Below, in pieces: positions 41,147 to 53,620 of a stretch of DNA of 64,000 nt. The position numbers were made by a program, and so were the translations under genes. The first letter of the stretch is position 1; each line of letters opens with the position of its first letter. The DNA lies in the NCBI GenBank assembly GCA_964016885.1, contig OZ024752.1, positions 1,240,001 to 1,304,000 on the forward strand. Reading direction: 5' to 3'. Under the pieces are notes generated by a model. It searched no databases, was not told the DNA's origin, and was given only the letters and a program-made list of their open reading frames with translations. The stretch comes from Eledone cirrhosa. Its lineage: Eukaryota.

Positions 41147-44100
41147 ATGACCTCACTCAGAATAGGCAGCATAAATGCGCGTGGCTTGGGGTCGTCATGG
41201 AAGCAGGGTCACCTGCTCAACGACCTCAGGTCACTAAACATAGATGTAGTGGCCATCAGCGAGACCAGAATCTCCGAAGCACGGGCCTTCGCACCGATCT
41301 TCGGCGGCTACGATGTGTACGCATCTCCCAGCCGTCCTGGATCGGGTGGAGGAGTTGCTGTGCTTTTTCGGAGAGGTTTGGATCTCGCCATACGGGCCAT
41401 CTTCCTGGACCCAGAGGGTAAGCTGGTGGTGCTGGATGTGACCAGCGGAGACGGGCAAGCTTTCAGGCTAGTGGCCGTCTATGCCCCGACAGGAGCAGGG
41501 CGGCCTGATTTCTTCCGGCGTCTGGAGACCTTTCTTGGAACGTCCCGCTCTTTAGTGTTAGTGGGCGACTGGAACGGGATCTTAGATGCACGCTGGGACT
41601 GTGTGGTATTAGCGGATAGGGGTGGAGGGTGCAAGAGCCTCACCAACCTGCTCAGGCGTTTTGAACTGTCTGACAGGTACCGATTGGATTTCCCGAATGT
41701 GCCAATGTGGACTTGGACAAATCGCATAGGGTCATCCAGATCATATCTAGATAGAGTATTTTGTAGGGAAATAGATAGGTCTAGCATAGGCTGTCCACAA
41801 TTCAAGATAGTCAGCTACACGGACCACAAATTCGTGATCTGTGTGTTTGACTTAGATAGGCTTCATAGACGAGGACCCGGCTACTGGGAGCTAAACGAGT
41901 CCTTACCAGCGCGCAAGGCCTACAGATACCGGATTAGCGAACTAGTTAAGCGGGCGTTGACGGGGGCCATCGTCAACAACAAGTGGTGGTTTGCTCTGAA
42001 AAGAGCGATTAGAATAGAATCGATTAGGTTTAGTAAGGCTTTAGCAATAGAGAAAAATAGAGCAGAGGGAGAACTAGTTAGAAAATTAGACGAGGCGCTT
42101 AGCAAAGGCATTGCGACCAACGTGCTTGCGGCGAAATTGGCCCTTGACCAATTCTTCAATGCAAAGCACGAAGGCTGCGTTGTCAGAGCAAAGGTGCGTG
42201 CTCTCAGACACGAGGGGACGAAAGCCGTTCAATGGGCCCGAGTGGCGGAGGCGCGTCGTGGCAACAAAGCCACGATCCGGTCTTTGGTGGACCACGACGG
42301 GCGCATGCTACTCGATCCCGGGCAAATGTGTGAAGCTTTTCAGCGACACTTCGCTCAGCTGTTCGGGGGCAGCGGTGGGCCGGGTCGAGGGATGGACTTT
42401 AGTGTCTACCTCGACGGACTGCCGCGGCTCTCGGCCACTGAGGCGAAGTGTTGCGAAAAGCCGATAACAGCCGCTGAAGTAAGGGAGGCAATGACTGGTT
42501 GCACAAGGGGTAAATCGCCTGGTTTGGATGGTCTGCCCTATGAACTTTACGTACAGATGCCAGACTTGTTCGGAGGCCTCTTGGCGGACGTCTACTGCAA
42601 CTGGCAACAGAACGGGAGAATTCCCAGTTCTGTGAGCCGAGGAGCGGTGGCACTGCTGAGAAAGGATCCGAACAAGGGGGATAACATAGATAATTTCCGG
42701 CTCATAACCCTGCTAAACACAGAGTTCAAGATTTTGGCCAAGGTGCTAGCAAAGAGGTTGGCGCTTGTCGTTGGTGGTCTGGTGGGAGAGGCGCAGACAT
42801 GCGCCATTCCCGACAGATCCATCCACGACAACCTCCACCTCATGCGATACATCATAGAGAGGGTAGCTAAGGAACCTGGCACGGGTGGGTCCTTGATCAA
42901 TTTAGATCAGTCGAAAGCTTTCGATAGGGTCGACCATCGTTACCTAGCGGCAGTCCTGAGGGCGGCTGGCTTTGGGCCCGTCTTCAGAGGCTGGATCGCT
43001 GCTATGCACAGCGACATCTGCTCTGTGGTGAGAGTGAACGGTCACCTGTCGGAACCGTTCAACATCATGCGCTCGGTCCGCCAAGGATGTCCCCTCTCGT
43101 CCCTCTTGTACGTATTGACTCTCGAGCCATTACTGCACAAACTGGAGACGTTGAGGGGGAGTCCCGCGCGAACTAGGATGCGGAAGATCCGTGTCAGCAT
43201 ATGCCGACGATGTCACCGTAGTGGTCTCGAACGCCAAACACATCGAGGCGATCGGCACTACACTAAGAGAATACGAAGCGGTGACAGGAGCAATGATCAA
43301 CCAGGAAAAGTCAGTGGGCCTGCAGCTCGGCACCTGGAGAGGCAGGTCCATGCCGTCCAACAGCGTCGTCGGGCGCTGGACGGACGGACCGGTTAAATTG
43401 CTAGGGGTCTGGTTCGGTCCGGACCTCCAGACGGACAAAAACTGGGACGAGGTGACGATCAGGGTGGCTTCTCTCACCCAGAAATGGGCGGAGAGGAAGC
43501 TATCCCTGAAAGGTCGAGCGGAGGTGGCTAACGCGTACATCGCGTCTGTCATCTGCTACCGCCTGACCGTCGTACCTTGTCCTAAGCCTCGCCTGACTGC
43601 ACTGGAGCGTTTGCTCTTTCGCTTTTTGTGGAAGGGACGTGCTCCGATGGTCAGGCGGTCCATCTGTTGTCAACACCCGCTACGTGGAGGGCTGGGCATG
43701 CCGTGGCTGATGATGCGCAGGCACGCGCTCAGGCTACGACATCTCCACCTCTTCCTCGACGGTGATCAGGTGTGGTCGCCGTTTGCTAGACGCGTATTTC
43801 CCCAGCTCGTTTCCTTGACGGAGCTGCAGTCCTGGGTCAAGCGAAGACCGAGAGGGAGCGCCTGGAGACTGGAATGTCTTCAGGCGCTCACAGCCCTCGA
43901 CCAATCGGGCAATGTGATCGGTGGAAACTCCACCTCGGCGTTCTATAGAGGATTAGTGGAGGGGAAGAGCGACGACGTAATTTGGGGAAACTCTAGGCGT
44001 CGACGAAAATCAACTAGCCAATCTCTTCGGAAGAACTTTCGGGCCAGGGCCTATGGACAACTTCCAGAAACCTCTGGCCTGGCAGTGCTACCGAGGAGCC

Positions 44101-44568
44101 TTGCCAGTTCGGGATAAACTCTACAGGCATGGAGGTGCCGTCAGCCGGGCATGTCCGAGATGCGCGCAGGGCGACGAAACCGTCCTGCACGCACTCGTCC
44201 AGTGTCCGAAAATTGCTGACTTGTGGGTTTATGTCGAACACCTGCTGTCGCGTTTAGGACGGATCCGGCTATCATCTGAGTCCATCGTGAGGATTGCCCC
44301 GCCCTCCTCCTTTAGCCGGGAAGGGCAGGCAGTTTTTATCTGCCTGGTGGCCATGGCGAAAGAGATAGTATGGTGGACACGTTTGAAAGGGTTGAAAACG
44401 AGCACTTACCTCTTCGGTGATGCTCTGATTGACTTTTTCAAATTTCATTTGAAAAGGAAAATCAGAGTAGAGAGGGAAGTGCTCTCTTCCCAGCATTTTG
44501 TTGAAAGATGGGTGAGAGAAGCAAGAATGGCCCGAGTGAATGGGCCTACTCTGAGTATATATCTGTAA
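41147..44568 (+). pseudogene. Tx1-like ORF2 (AP endonuclease, reverse transcriptase, zinc finger) with two frameshifts
   Basis: SINARGL, SETR, VYAP, GDWN, YLDR, TDH; KSPGLDG, QGCPLS, AYADD; CPRC..H..C; shifts near 43160 and 43985. Confidence 0.92.
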
Positions 44569-44816
44569 ATTAAAGGTGGAAAACTGGGAGAGGGCACTTG
44601 CCTTGGTGGTCAGGGTCATTGTGGCTTTTTACTGGGCTTTCTCCACAAATGTCCCTCCGAAGTCTGCCCCCTATTGGGGAATTTTTCATTGTTATTTTTT
44701 GTTACATCCTCTGTTTTTGTTTTTTACACGCAGAAATGCCCATTTGTACCGTCCTGCATTGTCCTGCACTGTCCTTAATGTCTACTTTATGTAAACCCTT
44801 GTGGTTAATAAAGAAA

Positions 44817-44861
<45 letters not shown>

Positions 44862-44862
<1 letters not shown>

Positions 44863-45225
44863 CATTTTGTTGAAAGATGGGTGAGAGAAGCAAGAATGGC
44901 CCGAGTGAATGGGCCTACTTTGAGTATGTGTCTGTAAATTAAAGGTGGAAAACTGGGAGAGGGCACTTGCCCTGGTGGTCAGGTCCACTGTGGCCTTTTA
45001 ATGGACTTTCTTCACAAATGTCCCTCGGAAGTCTCGCCCCTATTGGGGAATTTTCATTGTCATTTTTTTGTTACATCCTCTGTTTTTTTGTTTTTTACAC
45101 GCAGAAATGCCCATTTGTACCGTCCTGCATTGTCCTGTACTTTCCTTAATGTCTACTTTATGTAAACCCTTGTCGTTAATAAAGAAAACATTATTATTAT
45201 TATTATTCTTATTATCATTATTATT
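44862..45225 (+). mobile_element. Tandem 5'-truncated Tx1 3' end inserted in the tail of the full element
   Basis: Diverged copy of 44494-44830 with its own (TTA)n tail. Confidence 0.88.
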
Positions 45226-45533
45226 TATACGTATATATAAATATATATTAATGTCTGCTTGACACATCTGATCCTAGGATTCAAAGTACGCCCATGTGTA
45301 GCCATAAAGGTTTATTATGTTCTACCTGGAATTGTTTCTGTCAGGTGATCAAATAAGTTGTCTGGCGTTTTTATATTAAGAATATATTTTTATATATAAA
45401 GGAAACTTGTGGTGTGTTAGTTATATATGTCGCGGTTGTGTACTTTTGAACTTACTGTGGCCTTGGAAGCTGTTTTGATATATTCTCACTGTTTGCATAC
45501 CTGCGGAAATTTGGAAATTTCTTTCTGGGATTT

Positions 45534-45539
45534 TATAGG

Positions 45540-45599
<60 letters not shown>

Positions 45600-45600
45600 C

Positions 45601-45605
<5 letters not shown>
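45534..45605. repeat. Short palindrome centred on (TA)n
   Basis: TATAGGCAGTTTA-(TA)n-TAAACTGCCTATA. Confidence 0.9.
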
Positions 45606-45675
<70 letters not shown>

Positions 45676-45677
45676 TT

Positions 45678-45864
45678 AATTGTTTCTACTTTAGGCACAA
45701 GGCCAGCAATTACCCGGTTCATTACTGGTACTTTATTTTATCGACCCCGTAAGGATGAAAGGCAAAGTCAATCTCGGCGGGATTTGAACTCAGATCGTAA
45801 AGGGACGTAACTATGCTGGAAAGCATGGCGTCCGACCCTCTACCGATACTGCCAATCCACCGCC
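45678..45864 (-). mobile_element. tRNA-derived SINE copy
   Basis: Near-identical to 26934-27123. Confidence 0.88.
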
Positions 45865-46190
45865 CTATATACATATATATAATGATAATTATGTTGGGGC
45901 TGAAAACGAACTATTAATGCATATTTCTCATTTCATTGGCATATTTCTGTTTTGGAATTCATTCAAATCAGTTGCCACTTTGTATCAATTCCTTGCATTG
46001 AATAAGGAAATATTAGTGCAATTACTTCAATGATAAGAATTGATTTTTCGGTCGATACATTTAAACGCAACATATTAATCATTAATACATCCATAAACAT
46101 ACATACATACAATTAACCACATCTTTATAAATATAAAAGTATGGAAGAATGATGTCTATATTCATATAAATTATACACACACACACATAC

Positions 46191-46245
<55 letters not shown>

Positions 46246-46351
46246 TGTGTGTGTATATGTGTATGTATATATATATATATATGAATATATATATATATAT
46301 ATCTATATATATATATATGCACATATGTATATGTATGTATATATATATATA

Positions 46352-46417
<66 letters not shown>

Positions 46418-47049
46418 AGTATATATTTCATACACAATGAAATTAAAAAAAAAAATTAATGTAATATTCTGGGGCATGTCTTATGACCAGGGGATGTTTA
46501 TATGGAACCCTATTCAAATCCATAAATATATAAATGTATTTAATTGTTTACAGTTGCAGGCTTAATAACATATCCACCCATGCGTGTAGCACACATATTT
46601 TTACGAAGTCGTTCGTATATTCATAAAACATACAAATAACATTTTTCCTATTCTTTCAAATGAGACGGCACAGAATCATTTAATAGTAATTGAAATCCTT
46701 AATCTGCGTCGAGGTCGGATTGATAGAATTACTAGAGCGTCAAGCCGGCCTATTGATTTGTTTTATTTGAATTTTGTGTTTAAATCTATTTAGGCTAAAG
46801 TTTTCCTTCATCCTATCAGCTTCGAAAAATAAGGTGGCGGTATGATACAATGTGATTGCTGGTAATATTTAACGGACACAAATGGAATAGTAAATCTCAA
46901 TTATCTGCCCAACCATGGGCGCTACGTTGATATGCGATGTGTGCTGACGGTTAGAACACACTGTTCTGACAGAACAATTTTCTATCTGAGAAACAAACAA
47001 TCTTATATTAATGCCTCCCATCCTTCATATCCCATGCTCATATGTGAGG

Positions 47050-47440
47050 GTCAGAGGTCATGGACTTATATACCAGCACTCTCCATCTTTTCCAGTCCCT
47101 TACCATTGCCGTACATTCCGCCAAACTCCTTCCTGTCCATTCCTTGCCATTGCTGTACATTCCGACAAACTCCTTCCTGTCCATTCCTTAATATCATTTA
47201 TCTCCTTTCCTGCCATCCCCTGGTCCCTTTTCCCTGTATTCTTCCATCAAAGATATGGGTAGTCAAATTTTGTGCCCTGATGACATGACTTTGCCTTACG
47301 GTTCCTTTGCCTTACTGTTTCAGCCAACTGTCCACTGGCACCAGTCTCTTCCAGGACGGATTTATTAGTTCTGTGAGCTGTCCAACTAATTCTAAGTGCA
47401 AGCTTATAGCATGACATTTCAAATGCCAACAACACGCAAT
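47050..47440 (-). mobile_element. RTE-clade LINE 3' fragment
   Basis: LAFEMSCYKLALRISWTAHRTNKSVLEE matches the RTE AFEMWCYRRxLRISW..RTNxxVL motif. Confidence 0.75.
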
Positions 47441-48321
47441 TATGTACACACTTATATATTATATCATTTGCTTCTTCTGGCACACTCATATACACACACT
47501 CTCACTCTGTCGTACATATCCTTCTGTAACGCTCGCACAAAAAAATGAAACATTAAATTGCTTATTGCAAAATATAACAGCTAACTCAGTTTCGTCCATA
47601 TGTTGCACATTTGAATTTATACTGCTGTTGTTGATGCTTACTTCAAATGTTATGGTTAATATTGATAAAAGCGATGACGATGATGAGGATGAAAATGATG
47701 ATGGTGTTGGTGTTGGCGTATACTGTGTAGTTTATTACTATGCAGATGATCCAAAATGTCAAACTATAGACCAAGAACTGCATTTAGAACATTTTGAATA
47801 TTATCACAAGAAAAATGTATATGCCAGTATTGCTGCAGAGTATATTGTTATATACTTCTTGGTTGATGCCTATGTTATCAATTTAACAACTTTAGGTGCA
47901 ATGCCCTCTGCATGGCCTCATCTTTGTGAATAGTTTACAGTCGTCACTTAAATAATTCCGGCATTTTATCATTGACGATAAGCAGTTTCGGCAATAAATT
48001 GTAGATATATTTATGACTTCTTTATCTAAACGAGAAACATTGCGCAGCAAGTGATAAATAATGTTTATGTGCAAGAGAAATAATCAATAACAGAATGAAT
48101 AAAGTATTCAGACTTATTGTCAGAAGACGCCAGCGATTACCCATACGGTATTTGAGAATTTGGGGTAGAACAAATTACACAACTCTACACAACGTTAATC
48201 ACTTTGCAGTAATACATCATTAGCTATCATATTGATACAAAAAAGTCAAGGAACGAAATCTGAATGAGGATATATCTTGTTTAAAATGTCTAACGTTACA
48301 TGGATTTTCATTGCTCTCTCT

Positions 48322-48402
<81 letters not shown>

Positions 48403-48815
48403 CAATTATTATATCCAACGCCCAATAGATATAATGATACTGATAAAAATCAACAGATTAATGATGCTCAGAACGCTCATGGGCTGTCTAGTATAAATAA
48501 TGGTATATCTAACTACAATAGTGTATTAAACAGACCTAAATATATTAACAATCCAATATCTAGTTGCAATTCATCATTTACAATTTTAACTCACCCAACA
48601 TCACAACATTTTCCCTCTCATTCTCTCTTAGCTTCTCCCTCTCATCATACGGCTACCACTTCTGAAACATATGGAATTCCTTTCTCTGTAGTTGTAAGGG
48701 GCCATTATGATCTGCCCACATAGGGGTATTTGTACCCGACGTCGATGCTGTTATAATTGACAGTATTCAATTGATTTAACAGCTATTTCTCGCGATTGGA
48801 TAACCCATTTTTCTA

Positions 48816-48902
<87 letters not shown>

Positions 48903-48911
48903 ATACATATA

Positions 48912-48943
<32 letters not shown>

Positions 48944-48962
48944 CATACATATATATATATAT

Positions 48963-49133
48963 GTAAGGAACCAGATGGACCATAACGCACCAAAGTACTC
49001 AATACTTAGGGTAGTAGAGTGGGTGATAGGAACGAGTAGGACCCCGACGGCTGAGCTCAAGCGGTTTAGACGCTAATTCTGAGAATTAGCAGTCGAAACG
49101 GCTTGAGCTCAGCCGTCGGGGTCCTACTCGTTC
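48963..49133 (-). mobile_element. Family-B palindromic element between (TA)n tracts
   Basis: Tail 48963-49029 plus palindrome 49030-49133; GAAA-CGGC-TTGAGCTCA-GCCG-TC|GGGGTCC at 49095-49124 on +. Confidence 0.8.
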
Positions 49134-49134
49134 A

Positions 49135-49237
<103 letters not shown>

Positions 49238-49238
49238 G

Positions 49239-49271
<33 letters not shown>

Positions 49272-50469
49272 GTATATATATATGCGTGCTTATGTGTGTG
49301 TGTGTGTATGTGTATACGAGAGAGGTAGTTTAATGAAAGAACAGTAAAAAAAGTACGGTGAAATGGAGACGTATATAAGAAAGAAACAACGAAAGAAATG
49401 AATTACAAAGATGGTTGATGCTAGAATGAAAGATAACAAGGAAGAAAGAAAGTGGAAAAAGAGATGAATAGCTGTGTCATAAACAATATAAGTTTTAATG
49501 TCAATAGTATATATATTCATAAGGGAGAAGAAAGAAAGTTTAAGACAATAAAACTAACCAAACGACTGACAAGAAGAGTAGCGACGAAAGAAATTGAAGC
49601 GGAGAATAGGATGTTTAGGTGAGAAAGTGAGATATTCTATATTTATAAGCGAGTGGTGTTGAATTGTGTTACTCCTCTGATAGAGAGCAAATTAATATCT
49701 TGTGTAAATAGGTTATAAGAAGAAAGAGAGAGAGAGAGAGAGAGAAATAGAGAGGGAGATAGAAGGTGATACCCATGCACTGGTAGAGTATTAAAAATAT
49801 GGAATAATAGCGGCCCTAGTAAACAATAAATATTTATTAAGAGCTGATGCAAGGAGAAAATTTTAGCAATAATTCGTAAGTTTAAAAATAAACACCGAGA
49901 AAAAAAATGAGGAAATGAATTGGAAGAATAACTTTAAAAAGTAATTCATTAATGCGAATAGGGAAAAGATAGCAATGAATAGCAACCATCAAAAGAATAT
50001 AAATTGAATTGGATGTATTTGCAATATCCAGTATATAAAAACAATCCATTTACCGAAATTAGACATTAGAAAATGGATAATTCTTCTGTTCAGAAAACCT
50101 TATATTTGTATGTGAAATACTTTGGAATAACATTTATATAATAGAGTAAAGTTGAGACCACATTCAAAATATTCCAAAGAATCGAGAAATATGAAATTTT
50201 CAACAATTTCACGAACTTCTTCCTATAAAACTGCAAGATACTCAGCCTGTAAGACAAGCATTCTTCAAATAAATTTGTTAAAACCAGGAGATATTATAAC
50301 ACTGAATCTCTCTGGGACATTGTGCGATCTGGTTCTTCCCGAATATGGGCTAACAATTCTTATGCATGATGACAATATTTTACAATTGTTATGCTCTTGC
50401 AATGAATTGTGTATTCTTCATCTCGGGTTCTCCTAAAACATATATATACGTTTGAAATTACGTTAGGTT

Positions 50470-50712
50470 AAACCTACGAGTAAGGTTGTTTGGCTTACAA
50501 TCATAATATCGTGGGCTCGAGTCCTGGGCTGTGTTGAGTGTTGTGGTATGATCAGAACACTTTATTTTACGTTGTTCCAGGATACTCAGCTAAATAACTG
50601 CGATGAACTGGCATCTGGTCCAGAGGGGAGTATCTTATACTCAGCCGCTTCACGTAACGAAACCGGGATAAGCACCGGCCTGACGAGCCTTCTGGCTTGA
50701 GGCAGACTTTAG
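50470..50712 (+). mobile_element. Second tRNA-derived SINE family (CORE/Meta-domain-like), diverged
   Basis: tRNA-like head, ACACTTTATTTTACGTTG, CTGCGATGAACTGGCATC..CCAGAGGGG, GAAACCGGGATAAGCACCGGCC; related head at 60160-60275. Confidence 0.6.
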
Positions 50713-51129
50713 ATAGATAGAGATCGTTTACCGTTAGTCCACTAAATTCACTTTGATGGGGTATAACAGCTGATTTCAGAGGTATTCTGCATCCAGGCGT
50801 TATAATACCACCACTGTTACTTCAATTACCATATTTGATGCAACATTGTTGTAGAAAGTATTGTATTTCATTGTATTGGTACCGAAAGATAAATTCCTGT
50901 TATTGTGGGCTTGTTAAATTTCAAATCGCTCTTGTATATGAAGTGTTGTACCTGTGACATAGAGGATTGTCATTGTACTGGTTTTAATAAGGATTTGAGC
51001 TTGCTGGCTAAAGTTTAGTATTCTTTATGAATATTATGTTTACGCTTTTGGTTTTCTGTACGTGCTAGTAAAATTTTAAAGGCCTACAAAGTTAAGCTGC
51101 TTTTTGTCTTCATTACCGTGTTGAATATG

Positions 51130-51332
51130 GAGGCAGTGAAGTGAAAATACGTTAGAGCCTTGGACAAATATTATATAATATATGTTCTGGCTTTTTAAGT
51201 AATCTGCTGAAATCCAGCCGAGGTCAAATTTACCTTTCCTTCTTTCGAAATCGATAAAGTAAAGTACAGGGATTGGAATAATCCACTTTCCCCTGTCACA
51301 TCTTGCTGTATTATGTGTGAATTAGAAATCTC
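51130..51332 (+). mobile_element. Old degenerate copy of the Octopus-type SINE
   Basis: AAATCCAGCCGAGGTCAAATTTACCTTTCCTTC..TCGATAAAGTAAAGTAC. Confidence 0.6.
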
Positions 51333-51608
51333 TATTTTGTTTTATGCGTCTCTCCATTTCCTCTTTATCGTCGTTCGCCATTTCTGTCATTCACCGCCAT
51401 TGCTCTTCTCTCATAGCAGTTTCAGCTTTTGCTGACTATGCAGTACTTTTGAAATTGCACTAGTGTGCAAATAACATTTTTGTTTAATATTTAATAGAAA
51501 CATAATGTTATTTTGTTTAAATTGTGAGGGAAAACTCGGAGTAAATAGCATTCAAAACCTCAGCTTTTGATGGTTTGTTACTATAACAATTTCCCCCTCA
51601 CACGCAAC

Positions 51609-51643
<35 letters not shown>

Positions 51644-52127
51644 GTATATATATATATTATACACACACACATATATATAAATATATATGTACACACACAC
51701 ACACACACATACACACACATACACACACATATATACATATATATATTTGTGTGTGTGTATGTAAAGATGATCTTCTTCATTGTCTCTATCTTGCTGCAGC
51801 TGACATATAATGTGTTTTTTTTTCTCAAATCTAACGATTATAGACATGACAAACTCCTTTATTTGAAGAGAATTACTTCAGTTCTCTTTGTCAAGTGCTT
51901 TCACAACTCAGTCTTCTCAAAGTCAACAAGACACATGTCGCTTAGCAACGGTTTTACAAAAGTTCAAATGTGTCTTAGACGTCAATTGCAGACTCTGTTT
52001 AAAAAAGAATCGTCCAATTTATTTTGCTTTTGAATTAAATGATGCGATTTTTCAAATTGATTTTTACGCAAACACATCCGCATGCTAAAATAAATTTATA
52101 TTTACAAAACCAATCATACAAACCGCC

Positions 52128-52206
<79 letters not shown>

Positions 52207-52210
52207 GCAA

Positions 52211-52258
<48 letters not shown>

Positions 52259-52408
52259 CACACGCACGCACGCACGCACGCCTGCACACACATATATACT
52301 TATGTGTACATTTTATCACTATCAATCCCAACAGACACACCTCACTGCCCCTCTCTCTCTTTATATAGATGTAGATACATGCATACATATATATATATAT
52401 ATATACAT

Positions 52409-52450
<42 letters not shown>

Positions 52451-52493
52451 ATAATAAATATATATATATATATTAGTTAACTATATATATATT

Positions 52494-52573
<80 letters not shown>

Positions 52574-52993
52574 CTCAATTAGAAGAACTCACCAAGTTCA
52601 GTTACATATAAAAGCATATCTCCTGTCCATATACAGTCTCCTACGAAAACTGAACATTTTGAATTTTTATGGACCAGTTTTTCTCATTCATTTGCATGAT
52701 CGAATAAATCTTAGTACCACTTGCAAAGAGTTTATTACCAAATGTACAACACACCAACACATTCACAAGCACGCACACATCAACGTATGTGTATATATAT
52801 ATATACACATACCCCCCCCCCATCACACACACACATAAATGTACATATACACACACATATATATTTATATATATATATAGTAATAATAATAAATTTGAAA
52901 ACTAAAATCTAAAGAGGCCTCGATAAGGATAAATATATATCAAATATAATATATAAGAACCGTAGAGCAAATATTTATTAAAATAACAGATTA

Positions 52994-53046
52994 AAGTTTA
53001 AGCAAAGAATCGCTGCTTTCACCCTTAACGGGATCTTCTGAAACTC
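52994..53046 (-). ncRNA. Type-I hammerhead motif with U4A core change
   Basis: GAGTTT-CAGAAGA-TCCCGTTAAGGGT-GAAA-GCA gcgattctt TGC-TT|AAACTT; partial inverted copy 53045-53062; homolog at 57784-57848. Confidence 0.6.
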
Positions 53047-53061
53047 AGAAGATCCCGTTAA

Positions 53062-53620
53062 GCTTGGAATGACGGAAGGATCGGAAGAGAATCGGGTCGA
53101 CGAGGAACCAGAAGGTTGGCAGGGTGGAAGTTCAGTCGAAATCCCTGGGTTGGATGAGATGGAAATCGAGGCAGTGGCTAAGGAAAATGATGGGATGGAG
53201 TGTCGAAGTTTAGAGAAGTGGAATTAAGTACTTGCCGTCCTCCGGGCAAACACCTTCTCCATTCTGTCCGTCGGGACTGCAGGGAGGCTATAGATAGATA
53301 GATAGATATAGATGTAGATATAGATAGATAGGGAGGAGAGAGAGAAAGAGAAGTGAGAGAAATATTGTCAGTTACCATACCAATTAAACAAGACCAAGTA
53401 ATTCGGGTTGCAGCTTGAATGCTGACGATATGAAGAGCGGAGAGGGAGAGAGAGGGAATAGAAAAAATAGAAAGGATTGTGGGAAAAAGAGAGATAAAAG
53501 CAAATGAGATTTTACTGAAGATTAGAGCAGTGTATGAGCTGTGGAAAAACCCAGTAATTGTAAGTCCATAGTAATCCATGGGTTCACTACGGGTGATCTG
53601 AAGGCTGACCCATGTATGTA
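53062..53620 (-). pseudogene. Possible Penelope-like N-terminal coding remnant upstream of the hammerhead
   Basis: Minus strand reads ..KVFARRTAST*FHF.., resembling the PLE F.R.LRL..FF motif; decayed. Confidence 0.35.

Larger units (their letters stand above)
38795..44862 (+). mobile_element. Near full-length L1/Tx1-clade non-LTR retrotransposon
   Basis: 5' UTR, ORF1 with zinc knuckle, ORF2 APE-RT-zinc finger, 3' UTR with AATAAA, (TTA)n on both sides. Confidence 0.93.

Noticed and set aside
50152-50436. Possible host exon
   Set aside because: No recognisable motif on +, and all three minus-strand frames after the candidate acceptor are closed.
50658-50700. Permuted hammerhead GAAACCGG..CCGGCCTGACGAG
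   Set aside because: It lies in a SINE conserved domain and lacks a UH cleavage site and stem I in the right order.
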